Assembly (NCBI GenBank): GCA_016748015.1
Contig: JAAOMT010000219.1
Span: 286,322-350,321, forward strand
Source: Geosiphon pyriformis uo1
Taxonomy: Eukaryota > Fungi > Glomeromycota
DNA: 64,000 bases
Reading direction: 5' to 3'
Position 1 is the first letter of the stretch. The number at the start of each line of letters is the position of its first letter. Shown one piece after another: positions 38,738 through 52,100 of this stretch. The notes beneath the pieces were generated by a model that saw only the letters and a list, made by a program, of their open reading frames with translations, was not told the origin of the DNA and searched no databases. The position numbers and the translations under genes are program-made.

Positions 38738-41084
38738 TTTTTTTTTTATTAACGTGTAGCCATGCTGGTCATTTATTAGTTAAGCCACAGTAATGTGGCA
38801 GTTTCACAAAGCCAGCTCACCCAATAATACAAAAATCACAAGATGCGGCTAACCACAAGTGGAAAGCCCTAACTACATGCTAGTACTACTTTTGCTACCT
38901 AATATATTAAACATATCTAATTCATACATCTTATTCATAATGCTAACAAGCTTATGACTATTCTTAACCATACCACTCATCCACTTAGCAGTCTGATCAG
39001 GACTGGATTTGATTCTTAAAGGCTGATCCTCTCATAGGTGCATCATGACATCGAAGGTGTTATCATAAACTGAAAAATCTTTATCTTCATCATCATTATC
39101 ATTAACATCATCAACCATGTCATCAACATCTGATTCATTCTCCAAGCAAATCTGTTCACTTATTGTCTCAAAACATGTTAATTTTTTCTGCATCACAGTG
39201 GCAACAGCAGCCAAGCCTTTATTCTGCCCAGCCAACCCATCTACACATTCCTTAACTGACACATCCATGGCAGATGGAGTAGACAGCAATTTGGTAATCA
39301 ATGCAACCAGAGCACCAACAGGTTCAACTAAGGATTTAATCAACACAAATAGTTCATTAAGGTGGGATTCAATAGAAGCCAACTTAGATTCAACAACAGT
39401 ATTGGGAACAGAGGGGACAGTAGGCAACACAAGTGTTGCAGTTTCAGGAAAACCACCAAGATCTAATTCCATATCAGCAGCAGCAGCACCAGGAGGAACC
39501 ACAAAAGCAGCAGCCTTAGCATAAGATTTAGATCCAACAAATAAGGGTTTGAAATTTTTGGGGCCACCAAAGATGTTAGAAGGAAGTTTAGGTGGGAGAG
39601 AAGACAACTTCTTGCAATCCACAGCCAAATAATTTAAGTCTTGACACCTGTAGCAGTGGTGACACCCAGAAGTTTCTCACCAGATGTGACAACCACGCAA
39701 GGTACCAGTTTTTGACACAGCATTGACATTGATAAGATTCAGTGGATCGAAGAATGAAACATGTATGGCCACCAACTTGGGAGACCAAATCACTTATCTC
39801 AAGGGCAATACAGCCAAATGGAAGATTGACCAACTTAGCTTTGAATATATCTCTTGAAAAGATAACCTCTTTTTGGTTGGCAATGGAAAGAATCCTAACA
39901 CTATCTTTCCTGACCAATACAAACCAGTTAGAGAGAGCAGCAACAGCAGAAGAAATGTCCTTAAAATTAACCACAGCATATTGCCATAAGCCAGCAGACT
40001 TCAACTTAACAGAAGTGACAACACCAAAAATGCCAAGAGCAGTTTTGATGTCATCAGAAGAGGTACCCAAAGGTACGTCACACAATGCAACTGACAAGGA
40101 AGGAGAAGAAACAGAGGCCACTTCAGAAGACCATGCAATCTTAAGAGAGGTCAAAAAAACCTCATCACCAATGGCCACTTTGGTAGCACTATTTAGACAC
40201 TTCTGAGATGCAAATTCTACACAGAACAACTTGACAGCATCTCATAAAACAGATTTAAGCCCAATACAACCAGGCAGCAGCTGAAACAAGAAACTCAGCA
40301 AAGCCATCTTGATCTTAAATGTAGCACCAGTACAAAATTGGAGGCCACCCAATCAGAGAACCTTTGATAACCATTCACATTCTTCCAAGCACCAGTGTTA
40401 GCTGCACCAGAAACTGGGAGGGGACAGTTGATTCCATTTCCATCTGATCAGCCCAATCTTTGAGATCATCTGGATTGATGGACTGTTTTGCTACTGGGAT
40501 TGGTGATAATCTGCTGGAAAGTACCACATCAGGCAACATAGCCAGTGGTTGATTTTGGCCCATCTTGGGAGATGTGCCACTGCTGTTGCCATCCATATCA
40601 GGAAGAGAGCTGGCTGCCGCTGTGAAGATTCTACCAAAGATCTCATCTAGAACCACAAAGGGGTTTGGTGTGACCATAGCAGTTGTGACTGTCTGCTGCT
40701 GTTTTTTGGAATTTTTCACTTTTGTGGCCATTTGTGAAGCTGTAGTAGTAGAAGTAGTAGTGAGAGTGGTGAGAGCAGGAAAAACCAACTTGTTGACTGG
40801 TCTGTTATTAAAAATCTTTGGGCTTTTTGAAGTAGTAGAGACAACACTGGGGCTAACCCAAGTGTGTCTTTTTGAAGGAACTTTAACTGGAAAAGAACTT
40901 CCAGCCAAAGGAGAAGAAAATGAACCAGAAGCTGCTAAAGGCAGCTTATTACTAATATTTTTTAAGAGAAATGTTGCCAGAACGTTTTGTCTAGCTGCTT
41001 CAATAACAAAGAGACCCTCTCGTGTTGAAACTTTATTAGTTACTATAGCTCTATTTGTGGTCATGAAAATTAGGAGAGAAAGAG
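38738..41084 (-). mobile_element. ORF1-only element H, copy H2 (full length)
   Basis: 5' ctctttctctcctaattttcATG (41064), stop at 38873, 3' tail and poly(A) seen as the T-run 38738-38747. Confidence 0.9.
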
Positions 41085-44000
41085 TTTTTTTTTATTAGTT
41101 TAGCCATGCTCACAAAGCACAGCCTTTTCATAAAGCCAACCCACCCAATAATCTAAGTTACAAGATGTGGCTAACCACAAAGTGGCTATGCCTAACTACA
41201 TGCTAGTATAACCAGAAATCCTAAAGGGTATCACATCATTACTTAAAGTAATTCTACTATCCAAAACATCAGTCAATATCATATTACAATGTTGGAACCC
41301 ATCACACATTTTAATGTTGGAGTTACTACTCTTGTTACCACTATTCCTAGGCGATTGGCATATACTGGTTACTCATGATGGGTTTCTCTTAATTCTGTTA
41401 TCAATACTCATCATTTTTTCTCATTCAGTTTGTAACTTACACCATTCTCTTCATAGTCTATTCCTCACTTGAGTCACAGCCCATTTACACATCTTAATTA
41501 AGATATTATTATTAGCCCTCTGATCAATGTCAGCAAAAGTATTGATTCTTCTAAATTGCTCATTGATCAGTCCTCTGCATAGCAGATCTATGTTGGGCAT
41601 TGTCCTGATATACTTATTAGACAGAACAACCCTCTTACTAGGGTCCAAGATTTTATGTTTCTCTCTTACAGCCTTTGATAAGCACCACCTCCACTCATTT
41701 CTTACATCATCTATTAGTGTCTTGCTCTTTTGAATATTCAGAGAGCATTTCCAAAAGTGTTAGTTGGTTTCAACTTTAGTGTAGCATATTTTGCACAGGT
41801 TGTTTATATACACTAAAGGACATCTGTTGTATAGCACCTTTGCTGTTGGCAACATGTTGTGAAATGATTTCATAATAAATGTATGCATTACTGAAAAACT
41901 AGCTAAGGTGAAGCCTGATGACATTTTATCATCCCAGTTTCACACTTTGGTTGTGTTCTTTCAGTCTACTCTCTGGTCTAAGGACCCTACTGTTTCTTGT
42001 ACTTTGTTATTGCCAATCCAATCCAAAGCTCCTTGAATACCAGTCTGTTGGCTCAAAAAATGTCTGATATTCAGATCCAATTCAACTCCTCTGCAAAAAG
42101 GGATGTAACTGACATTCTCAGCACTGTAAGCCCATTCCACTGTGTCAAAAGTAGTAGCTTCTTTGGCTAGTATGTCAGCCATCTCATTTTCAGGTATACC
42201 AGTGTGTGCAGCTACTTTGTTTATGATAAGATCAATTCTTTTTTCCCCTATTACTGCTTTGATTGCATTTTATGTATGCCAGTTAGAAGTTTTAAGCTGA
42301 TTCCTAATAGACAGAGAAGAATCTTTGGACAACTATTTTTGAGCTGTTAACACTACTGTCTAACTATCTGTGTTCAATATCAGTTTGCATTTGTAAAGCA
42401 CTGCTTCCAAAGCCAATAATACAGCTTTTGCTTCAGTTTTCTTTGTTCTGTATTTAATACAGGTACAAAATGTTTTCCTTCCTTAGGCAGCTTCTAACTT
42501 TAATGTAAGTTGTACCTGAAGGTATGACAGTTTCAATTAAATATGCCTGTAGTCTTGAAGATTCAGATACCCCATACATGTTACCATCACTTCTAAATAA
42601 GATGCTCCTTTCCTCCATAATCTGCATAATATTAGCTATTAAATTAATGCCTGGTCTAGATTGTTCATTGATGGGGTATTCAAGTATACTATGGGCTGAC
42701 TATCTTTGTGTCTATAAGTTGGCTAATCTGATTTTTGTAGCCATTCCAACAATATCAGCACTGTGATCTTGCTTTTTGCTTGTATATCATCAACTTTAAA
42801 CAAGTTATACAATAATGAGTAATGCATGGCACTGGCTGGAAAATCTACTAAAAGTTTTGCCTTTTTCTTTACAGTGGCTGAAATCTTTGAAGTCTATTTT
42901 CTAGCCCAGCTATTTGGAATATGGGTCAATTGAGATCTGAATTCTATTGCTGGACTGAAAACACTGTTAAAAATGTAAATGACCTGTTTCTCAGTGATGT
43001 GTTTTTTCCTGACAACTGTACATACTGCTTCAATGTCAGATCCTATTATTTTTAGAACAGTTTCATTTTTTCCATCTGCTCTGATCCACACCTCCAAATA
43101 TCAGATACATGTAAATGGATCCAGCAATTTTAAGATTTGTTTGTTTGGACCAAATTTTAGTGGCTCAACCATCAATGATTTCTCTTTGGAGGGTCTGACC
43201 ACCATTGTTTCAGTCTTATCTAAATTGATCTCTATATCTACCATTCTAAAGAAGGAGCTAGCTGTGTCCAAAATACTTTGTATTCCCTGTCTTGAGTTAG
43301 CTATCCACATTGTGTCATCAATAAAGACTAGGTGATTCACTGATACCAACAGGGATTGTGTATCTAATTGATTGTTCCACTTTTTCCAAGCAGCTGTTAG
43401 TTTGTATTCATGACAATAATTGGCTTGTTTTACTTTACACAGTAAGGAGTTATAGAAAATCTTCTACATAATGGGTGAGCTTGTTTCCCTCTGATCCAGT
43501 CCATCTTGTACTTAATATTCATCATTTAACCCAAATTCAGTTATGATCCTATTGCTTTTATTGTTGTGCATCAAGCCAAACAGCTCAGTAAACCTATTGT
43601 TCATCTTAATTCTCTTTAGTGCAGCTTCCATGGGTTTCCATCTCACTGAATCATATGTCTTTTTTATGTCCTGGAATGTAAACCAGGCCTTATTACCAAA
43701 TTCTTTTGCATGCTCAGTAACAGGATTAATTACATAAATTGGCACTGCTGTAAAGATATTCTTTAACACTAAGGTATTGTAACTTTTTAGAACATTGTGT
43801 AGTTTATATGCTTTTGATATTCTTGCCATTAGAATCTTTGTTAAGATTTTTCTAGTGCTCTCAATGAGTGTGATCAACCTGGTGATGTCAATATTGCCAC
43901 CCCATTCTTTTGGCTTTGGAATCAGTATAACTTGTGCTACTCTCCACTCCTCAGACATGTATGTTGCTTTAATGCAAGTGTTGAGCAATGTTTTTAGTTT

Positions 44001-44829
44001 AGACTTGGTATTAGGCCCAGCTTTTTTTCAGAGTTTAGCTTGAATGCTTGATGGACCAGGAGCTTTGTTATGGGATGTGTGGCTCAATATGTGTTCAAAT
44101 TCCTCATTTGTTATTTCAGCTATTACACTGTCAAAGGCATAGTCTGGAATACTCTCAATTGGCTCAAATCTGTGTTTTCAACTTTTTCATAAGTCAGGCT
44201 CAAGGATTCTTGTTCTAGTCTATCTTTGGGCTTTTTTGTTTACTAGCTTTTTAATCTCATCAGGATTATCATAAAATTCGCTTTCTTTAATGACATGGTC
44301 CAGTACAATTCTTTGTCTTTTTTTGTTTAAGATGCTTTTAATTATAGCTTCTTTGTTTAGATTAAAGTTTTGTTGTCTTCTGATGATATTGTCCACTATC
44401 TGTCTCTGCTGTTGTAGCCTGATCCTAGCACACAGTGTTGATCTGTATTCTTTCTTAATATTAAGTAGTTCTGTAATAAGCTTATCCTTTGGGAAAGTCA
44501 TCAGATATGCATTAACTGCCTCAGGTTTCAACTGTTTCTATTTAGCCAACAACTGCATAACATTGTTATCATGTATATCTGTATTGTTTACTCTTATTTG
44601 TTTGATTATATTAGCAACAATCTTAACAAGCTTGTGATTTATGCATTCTTTTTTTGTGTGTACAGATTGGGCTCCCACTTTCCTCTTTGGTAGGCAATTA
44701 GCAGCTTATAATACAGTCTCCTTGATTGTAAGCCACATTAGGTTTAGATCATTATTGCTGTTATCTACAGATTTTCTTTGTGCTTCATCTGTCAATTGAT
44801 CAGTTTCTTTTGCATAGATTTCCCATTGC
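41085..44829 (-). mobile_element. LINE 3' portion: RT, RNase H (internal deletion near 42440), Cys/His domain, 3' tail, poly(A)
   Basis: KAPGPSSI, WRVAQVILIPK, FQDIKKTYDSV, LVFIDDT, INLDKT; AAHTGIPENEMADILAK; ends ...GYTSM*, tail, then aataaaaaaaaa. Confidence 0.92.
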
Positions 44830-46820
44830 AAAAAAAAAACTCTTTCTCTCCTAAATTTCATGACCACAAATAGAGCTAAGAGTAAAAAAGTTGCAAATGT
44901 TACTTTTTCTATAGTAACTAATAAAGTTTCAACACAAGAGGGTCTTTCTGTTATTGAAGCAGTTAGACAAAACGTTCTGGCTACATTTTCTTTGAAAAAT
45001 ATTAGTGAAAAGCTGTCTTTAGCAGCTTTTGGTTCATATTCTTCACCTTTGGCTGGAAGTTCTTCTCCAGTCAAAGTTCTTTTCAAAAGACACACTTGGG
45101 TTAGTCCCAGTGTTGTCTTTATTACTTCTAAAAGCCCAAAGATTTTTAATAACAGACCAGTCAACAAGTTGGTCTTTTCTGCTCTCACCACTCCCACTAC
45201 TACTTCTACTACTACTGCTTCACAAATGGCTGCGAAAGCAAAAAATTCCAAAAAACAGCAGCAAGCAGTCACAACTGCTATGGTCACACCAAACCTCTTT
45301 GTGGTTTCAGATGAGATCTTCAGTAAGATCTCCACAGCAGCAGCCAGTCCTCTTCCTGATATGGATGGCAATAGCAGCAGCACATCTCCCAAAATGGGCC
45401 AAGATCAACCACTGGCTGTATTGCCTGATGTGATACTCTCCAGCAGATCATTGCCAATCCCAGTAGCAAAACAGTCTATTAATCCAGATGATCTCAAAGA
45501 TTGGGCTGATCAGATGGAAATGGAATCAACTGTCCCTCTCCCAGTTTTTGGTGCTGCTGATGGTGGTGCTTGAGAAAATGTGAATGGTCGTCAGAGGTTC
45601 TCTGGTTGGGTGGCCTCTAATCTAATACTTGGTGCCACATTCAAGATCAAGATGGCCCTTCTTTGTTCCTTGTTTCAGCTGCTGCCTGGTTGTATTGGGC
45701 TAAAGTCAATTTCACGAGATGCTGTTAAGTTGTTCTGTGTGGAATTTGCATCTCAGGAGTGTCTAACTGGTGCCACCAAAGTGGCCATTGGTGATGGAAT
45801 TTTTTTGACCACTCTTAAAATTGCATTGTCTTCTGGTGTGGACTTTGTTTCTTCTCTCTCTCTGTCAGTTGTACTGCATAATGTACTTTTGGGTACCTCT
45901 TCTGATAACATCAAAACTGCTTTTGGCATTTTTAGTGTTGTTACTTCTGTTAAGTTAAAGCCTGCTGGCTTATGGCAATATGCTGTGGTTCATTTTAAAG
46001 ACACTTTTTTTGCTGCTACTGCTTTCTCTTACTGGTCTGTTTTGGTCAGAAAAAATAGTGTTAGAATTCTTCCCATTGTGGAGATTATCTTCTCAAGAGA
46101 TACCTTCAAGACTAAGCTGGTCAATCTTTTCTTTGGCTGTACTGCATTTGAAATAAGTGATTTGGTCTCCCAAGTTGGTGGCCATACATGTTTCATTCCC
46201 CACTTCCCTGATTCCTATCAATGTCAACAGTTTGCTGTGGTTACCTTTGATTTCTTGGAATCTTTGAACATTGCTGTTTCTAAAACTGGTACCTTATGTG
46301 GCTGTCACATCTGGTGGGAAACTCCTGGATGTTACCACTGCTATAGGCTTTAGAGTGCAAGGTGTCCTCACCTCTCCCTCCCAAAGTCTCTTCTAACTTC
46401 TCTGGTGGCCCCAAAGTTTTCAAATCCTCATTTGCTAAATCCTTCTGTTGCTGCTGCTGCTGATATAAACTTAGATCTCAGTGGTCCTTTCCCAACTACT
46501 ACACTCATGTTGCCTGTTGCTCCTTCTGCTATCAATAATGCTGTTAAAGCTAGGTTGGCTTCTCTGGAATCCCATCTTGATGAACTGTCTTTGCTGATAA
46601 AATCTTTAGTTAAGCCTGTTGGTGCTCTGGTTATTTTAGTTACCAAATTGTTGTCTACTCCACCTGCTGTGGATGTGTCTGTTAAGAAAAGTGTAGCTGG
46701 ATTGGCTGGGCAGAATAAAGGCTTGGCTGTTATTGCTATTGTGATGCAGAAAAGATTGACACACCTGGAAAAAAAGTGTAAACAGGCCTGCTTGGAAGAT
46801 GTGTCAGATAATGATAATAT
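44830..46820 (+). mobile_element. ORF1-only element H, copy H3 (intact 5' end, 3' end cut off by A7)
   Basis: A10-ctctttctctcctaaatttcATG (44860); ORFs 44860-45573, 45580-46353, 46405-46820. Confidence 0.88.
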
Positions 46821-47513
46821 TGTTATGGTTGAAACCCATAATTTTTATTAGTTATTACATGTATTAATCACTGATGTCATATAATTAGCCACTCTATTTT
46901 TAGATAGTGATTATTGACCTGATCAATGATCTGACCATTGATCTGGTCATTGACCACTTTCAATAGCTATATAAGTGATGAGTCTCTTAGCTGTAAAAAA
47001 TCATCTCTCAGACAAGAATCAAATAAATAAAAATAACAACTTTTATCTCAATCACTCTCTTATCACTAATTTCTCTTTCCCTACCTTCAAGTATCCAAAC
47101 ATCTTAGAATAAAAGATTACTTGTTGGTCTTTTCCTGTTTGAATAATTGTAGTATTTGAAGACTATTTGTATAAACGTGACTAAAGAGCACAAGTTGATA
47201 CCTGATATTGAATTCTAAGAGTGCTGACATGAAGGCATAGAATTAATACTAGTGGTGATCAATTATTAACAGTATGAATTATCCCTCTACCTTCAGATTC
47301 TCTTGTTACCTTTTGAAAAAAATAGCGACTGAGATATTTTATGAGACTGATCTCGCACATTGAATCCATACTCATTCAATTTGCTTATTGAAGTTGAATC
47401 CCCTTTGATTATTTCCATTACCCTACAATCCTGTTCTCCCTTGCTATTTGTTAGCTTGTTACTCCAACCCATAACATAAAAGTGGTGCTCCCTGTGAGGT
47501 TGTCAAAATCCAC

Positions 47514-49085
47514 TTGTTTCCTTATTGTTTGGGTGATTATTCATACTTACCACAACAATCAGCAGAACACTTTGAAGCACACAACAGAAATGATCTAGAC
47601 TTTATTGAACTCAATCTTTTGCCATCCTGCTTGATTTGCTTCCCTCTTGAAGAACAATCCAGTAGACAATTCCAAGACTTTTGGAACTGGTTTCTGAATG
47701 AGCATTCAGCTGAAACCTACACAGCCTACACAATTTATTACTTTGACCAAGCTTACTTTGAAAACAACTTTGAAGAAAGAAACAACAATATCAATCAGCT
47801 CTTATACTTAGCAACCTTTAAACAACAACCTCTTGAATTCGAATACCTAAATCACCAAATTCACATCTAGATTGCTGCCCATCAATCAGCTGAAACCCCT
47901 TTTGAAACAGAAGAAGAAAGTTACCAAACCGCTCCTATTTTTGATTTCTTCTCAAGTGATTCAGATCATTCCACTCAAACAGTAACTCCTGAACCAATGC
48001 CCCAAAATCCAATGCAAGCAAACATCCTAACTGTCTTTCAAGACATACAAACTGCTTTGGGGCAAAGAAACAACACCCCATTACCATTATTCAGAGGTAA
48101 TACACAAGATCCAATTGAATGGTTGGACGATTTTAAAAGAGCAGCCACTGCCAACCAATATGATGATGAGTACAAGTTCCAGATTGTTGGTGGCTATCTT
48201 TAAGGCTCTCCTGCCACATGGTTTTCACAAAAAACCAATGCCAATGTCCAGCACAGAATTATCAGATGGACACCAGCAGATACAGGAGAAAACAATACCT
48301 CTTTCACTACCCAGTTTGAAAACAAGTTCAGAACCCCAATCTTAATATCTAAATGGCGCATGGAACTGGAAAGAAGAACCCAAAGTTCTGGTGAAGTTGT
48401 AACCAAATATGCCAAAGCCATCAGAAAGTTAATCAAGTGAGTAGACTCTGGAAAGAGCTGGACAGAAGAACAAAAGATTCATTCCTTTACAAAAGGATTG
48501 AGAACTGACTTATCTTATGCTCTTTGGCCTCTCTTGGCTCTGAAAGACAACCCTACAATGGATATGGCTATTGAACTCACCCAAAGGATTGAAGATAACC
48601 AAAGGATGCATCTGAGATCCACACTTCCAGTTTTTGCTCCTGCTTCTGTCATGGCCCCTGCTCCTCAAGTAGCTGCTCCTTCTTTTACTGCCCAAACCCA
48701 AGACCCAAATGAACAATTGATAGATAGACTCACAGCTAACCTTGCCCGGTTATTAGAACAATTGGCACAAGCAGTCAGAGATAACCAGCAACCACCAAGA
48801 CCTAGATATGAACCTCGTTTTAACCAGCCCCAGCAACCTCCCTATCAAAGACAGCAAAATCGTGGCCCACCTGTGTGCTATCATTGTGGATTAACTGGAC
48901 ATTATTCAAGAGATTGTAACAATCCTCCACTGCCTCCTCCAGCTCCCAGAAACAATGACAACCAAAACAACAGACCCAACAATAACAACAATGTTCCCAA
49001 TCAAAGACCCAATCATGCCAACATCAATTTCTTTGGAGAGGATCCCCTAGTTGAAGCCACTGTTTATCAGCCTTTAAACTGGTAG
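47514..49085 (+). pseudogene. gag: gag
   Basis: PLFRGNTQDPIEWLDDFKRAATANQY capsid region; CYHCGLTGHYSRDC knuckle; ends VYQPLNW*. Confidence 0.92.
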
Positions 49086-49120
49086 GTGCACCTCCAAAGA
49101 GTGAGAGTGCAAGCCAACCA
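49073..49120 (+). promoter_or_regulatory. -1 ribosomal frameshift signal (U UUA AAC plus downstream stem-loop)
   Basis: Heptamer in X XXY YYZ phase with gag codons (cct tta aac tgg tag). The -1 frame is open into the protease ORF at 49319. Conserved in 5 copies. Confidence 0.85.
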
Positions 49121-52100
49121 GAAGAAAACCCCTTTTTTGTTTTTAACTTAACTGATAATGACCATGACATAGATGAACTAGCAATCAACACCTCAGAACC
49201 AACCAGAAAGAAGAAGAAAGCCAAGGTTGATTTCGTTCTAGACCCCAACAAAGCCTCAACTTCTGCTGCTGATAACAATAAGCCACCAAAGGCTAAAGTT
49301 TTTAAGAATTCTCTAAAGTTGGAACCCCCAGAAATTGTACAAAAATCTGGACCCTATTCTATTGTCAAAGATCTTATGGAAACCCCAGCACATATTACCT
49401 TTGGCCAGTTAATGATCCACCCACAGTTCAGAAAAGATCTTTGCAAATCCTTGATTCCAAAGAAGAAGACACCAAAAACCAACAAGCGCCCTTGCCAAGC
49501 TGGACTTGCTGACAACAGCAATGTCACCCCTCTGATTTGTAAAGCCCAAGTGGCTGGATACTTCATTGACTTAATTCTGGACAGTGGATCATCTGTTAGT
49601 GTCATTACCAAACATTTCTTGGAAGCAATTGGTAGAAAGATTGATGAACCTTCCACAAGACCAATAACCAATGTACATGGTGACAAAAAGAAAGGACTGG
49701 GTATTGTCAAAGCTGTTCCTGTCTGCATCAATGGAATTAGCATTGAAACTGACATAGAAGTTTCTGAAGCCAAGGAATACATCATCATTGTTGGCAATAA
49801 ATGGCTCAAGAAAGCAAAAGCTTTGCTTGATTATGAACTTTGTAAATTAACCATCAGATGTGGTGAGAAACCCATTGTGGTTAAGTGTCGCCATTGGACA
49901 ACTTCCCCAGTACCCAAACAAAACCAAGAAGAAGAACAATCAGATAAATCAGATGATGAAGAGAGCGATGATGAAGAAAAACAAGAAGAGTAAAAAAAAA
50001 CTGCTGAACTCGCCTATACCACCTTCACCAGCAATAGCAAACCACTAGACAATATTAAAGCAGACAAAGAAGGAATCATTGTAAATGGCAAGCTGATCTG
50101 CTGGCCTTATTATGATATTCTTAGAAGAATCTTTGAAAAAAAAACTGGCAAGAAAGCCAAATACAGTTTTTGGTGGCATGGTCCTTGTACCTGGTGTTGG
50201 TGCAACAAACCCTTATATTCTTCAAGCGATGAATGCAAATCATGCCTGATCTATTACAGAGATTGGGAACCAATCAGTTTGATACCCAGAGAAGAATTAA
50301 AAGAAGTACAGAAGTCCTTTGAGAATGAACCACCTGAGATCCAATCACTGATTGTAGAACAAAAAGAACCCTCCCCAGAAGAAAGAAAAATAGACATTGA
50401 AAATTTGCTGGCTAAAAATAGCCCAGTTATCTCCAAAGAAGGTGATACCCCTGGACGTACCCATGTGATACAACACACTATTACCACCAGAGAAACTCAA
50501 CCCATCCATTTGAAGCCTTATCAGTCCAATTAGTGCAATAATGAGTTTATCAAGAAAGAGATAAACCAGATGAAAGAACTTGGATTCATACAAGAAACCA
50601 AGAGTGAATGGGCTTTCCCAGTTGTAGTGGTATCCAAGAAAAGTGGAACACTATGTTTCTGTGTTGACTACTGCCAATTAAATGCTATCACTGAAAGAGA
50701 CATGTACCCACTTCCCAAGATTGATGCAATGTTAGACCAATTCAAAGATGCTGCTTTCTTCTCAACCATTGACTTAACTGCTGGATTCTGGCAAGTAGAG
50801 ATGGATCCAGAAAACAGAAAGAAAACTGTCTTCATCACCAAGTATGGCACCTATGAATTCACAGTCATGCCTTTTGGTCTCACTAATGTCCCTCCCACTT
50901 TTCAATGCTTAATGGATAAAGTATTTGAATCAGTCAAGAAAAACTTTGTTCTAGTCTATTTGGACGACATAATGGTATACTTAAATACCTGAGATGAACA
51001 CCTGGAACATTTGCAAAAGATTTTTGACCTCCTCAGAAATGCTGGCCTCAAGATCAACCCAATCAAATCTTTCTTTGGAAAACAATCCACCCAGTTCTTT
51101 GGTCATCTTATCACAAAAGATGGAATCTTTCCTGACTCAGCCAAAGTTGAAAAAGTCCAAAACATCAAACAACCAATGAATATTCATGAACTATGCTCTT
51201 TTCTTGGTTTGGCCTCTTATTATTGCAAATTTGTCAAAGATTTCTCCAAAATCGCCTCTCCTCTCAATCAACTACTCAGGAAAAATGTCAATTACCATTG
51301 AAAAACACATCAGCAAAAAGCCTTTGAAACTTTAAAGGAAAAACTGGTTACAGAACCCATCCTCAAGCAACCTGATCTAGATCGACCCTTTATCCTCCAC
51401 ACTGATGCATTTGGCTTTGGACTTGGTGCTGTTTTCTCCCAGAAAGATAAAGATGGCAAAGAACATGCCATAGCCTATACCAGTAGAACCCTTTTCCCAG
51501 CAGAACAGAACTATTCAGTTACTGAACAAGAATGCTTAGCAGTAGTATGATCCACCAGTTACTGGAGTAAGTATCTTCTTGGTGTGAAGTTTTTGGTGGT
51601 AACAGATCACCAAGCTTTGGTTTGGCTGCACAACAAAAAGAGGCTAGAACACAAATAGATAACTTGCTGAATACTCCACTTGGATGAATTCGACTATGAT
51701 ATTCAACATTGCAAAGGAGCTAATCATCAAAATGCCAACACTCTCTCCAGACTTACCATCCAGTGACAGAACAACCCTCTCAAACCAAACCAACTTAATT
51801 ATTAGTAATTCTCCCTTTTTTGACAAACACAATAATAAACTTGGACAACTACTCTGCCTTAATGGAATTTTTGGGTAAAGGACAATACCTACTGAAATAC
51901 ACATGACAACAAAGAGAACATTTGCACAAACAATCAAATTTCTATTTGATTCACCAGAACCAACTTTATAAAAGAAATAGAAAAGATCCTGACTGCCCCC
52001 AGAGAGTCATCAGATTTGAAAAAGAGAAATTGTGATCTACAATATACACACTGATCCATTAGCTGGACACTTTGGAAAAACAAAAACAATTCAGAAAACT

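Noticed and set aside
38738-38885. Hammerhead, HDV or twister ribozyme in the shared 3' tail
   Set aside because: GAAA followed by a hairpin is present, but there is no CUGANGA core and no recognisable HDV or twister consensus.
44706-45392. Antisense ORFs (also 40565-41098, 39742-40206, 49354-49809, 14948-15208)
   Set aside because: Shadow frames opposite genuine TE ORFs, with variable ends and no motifs.
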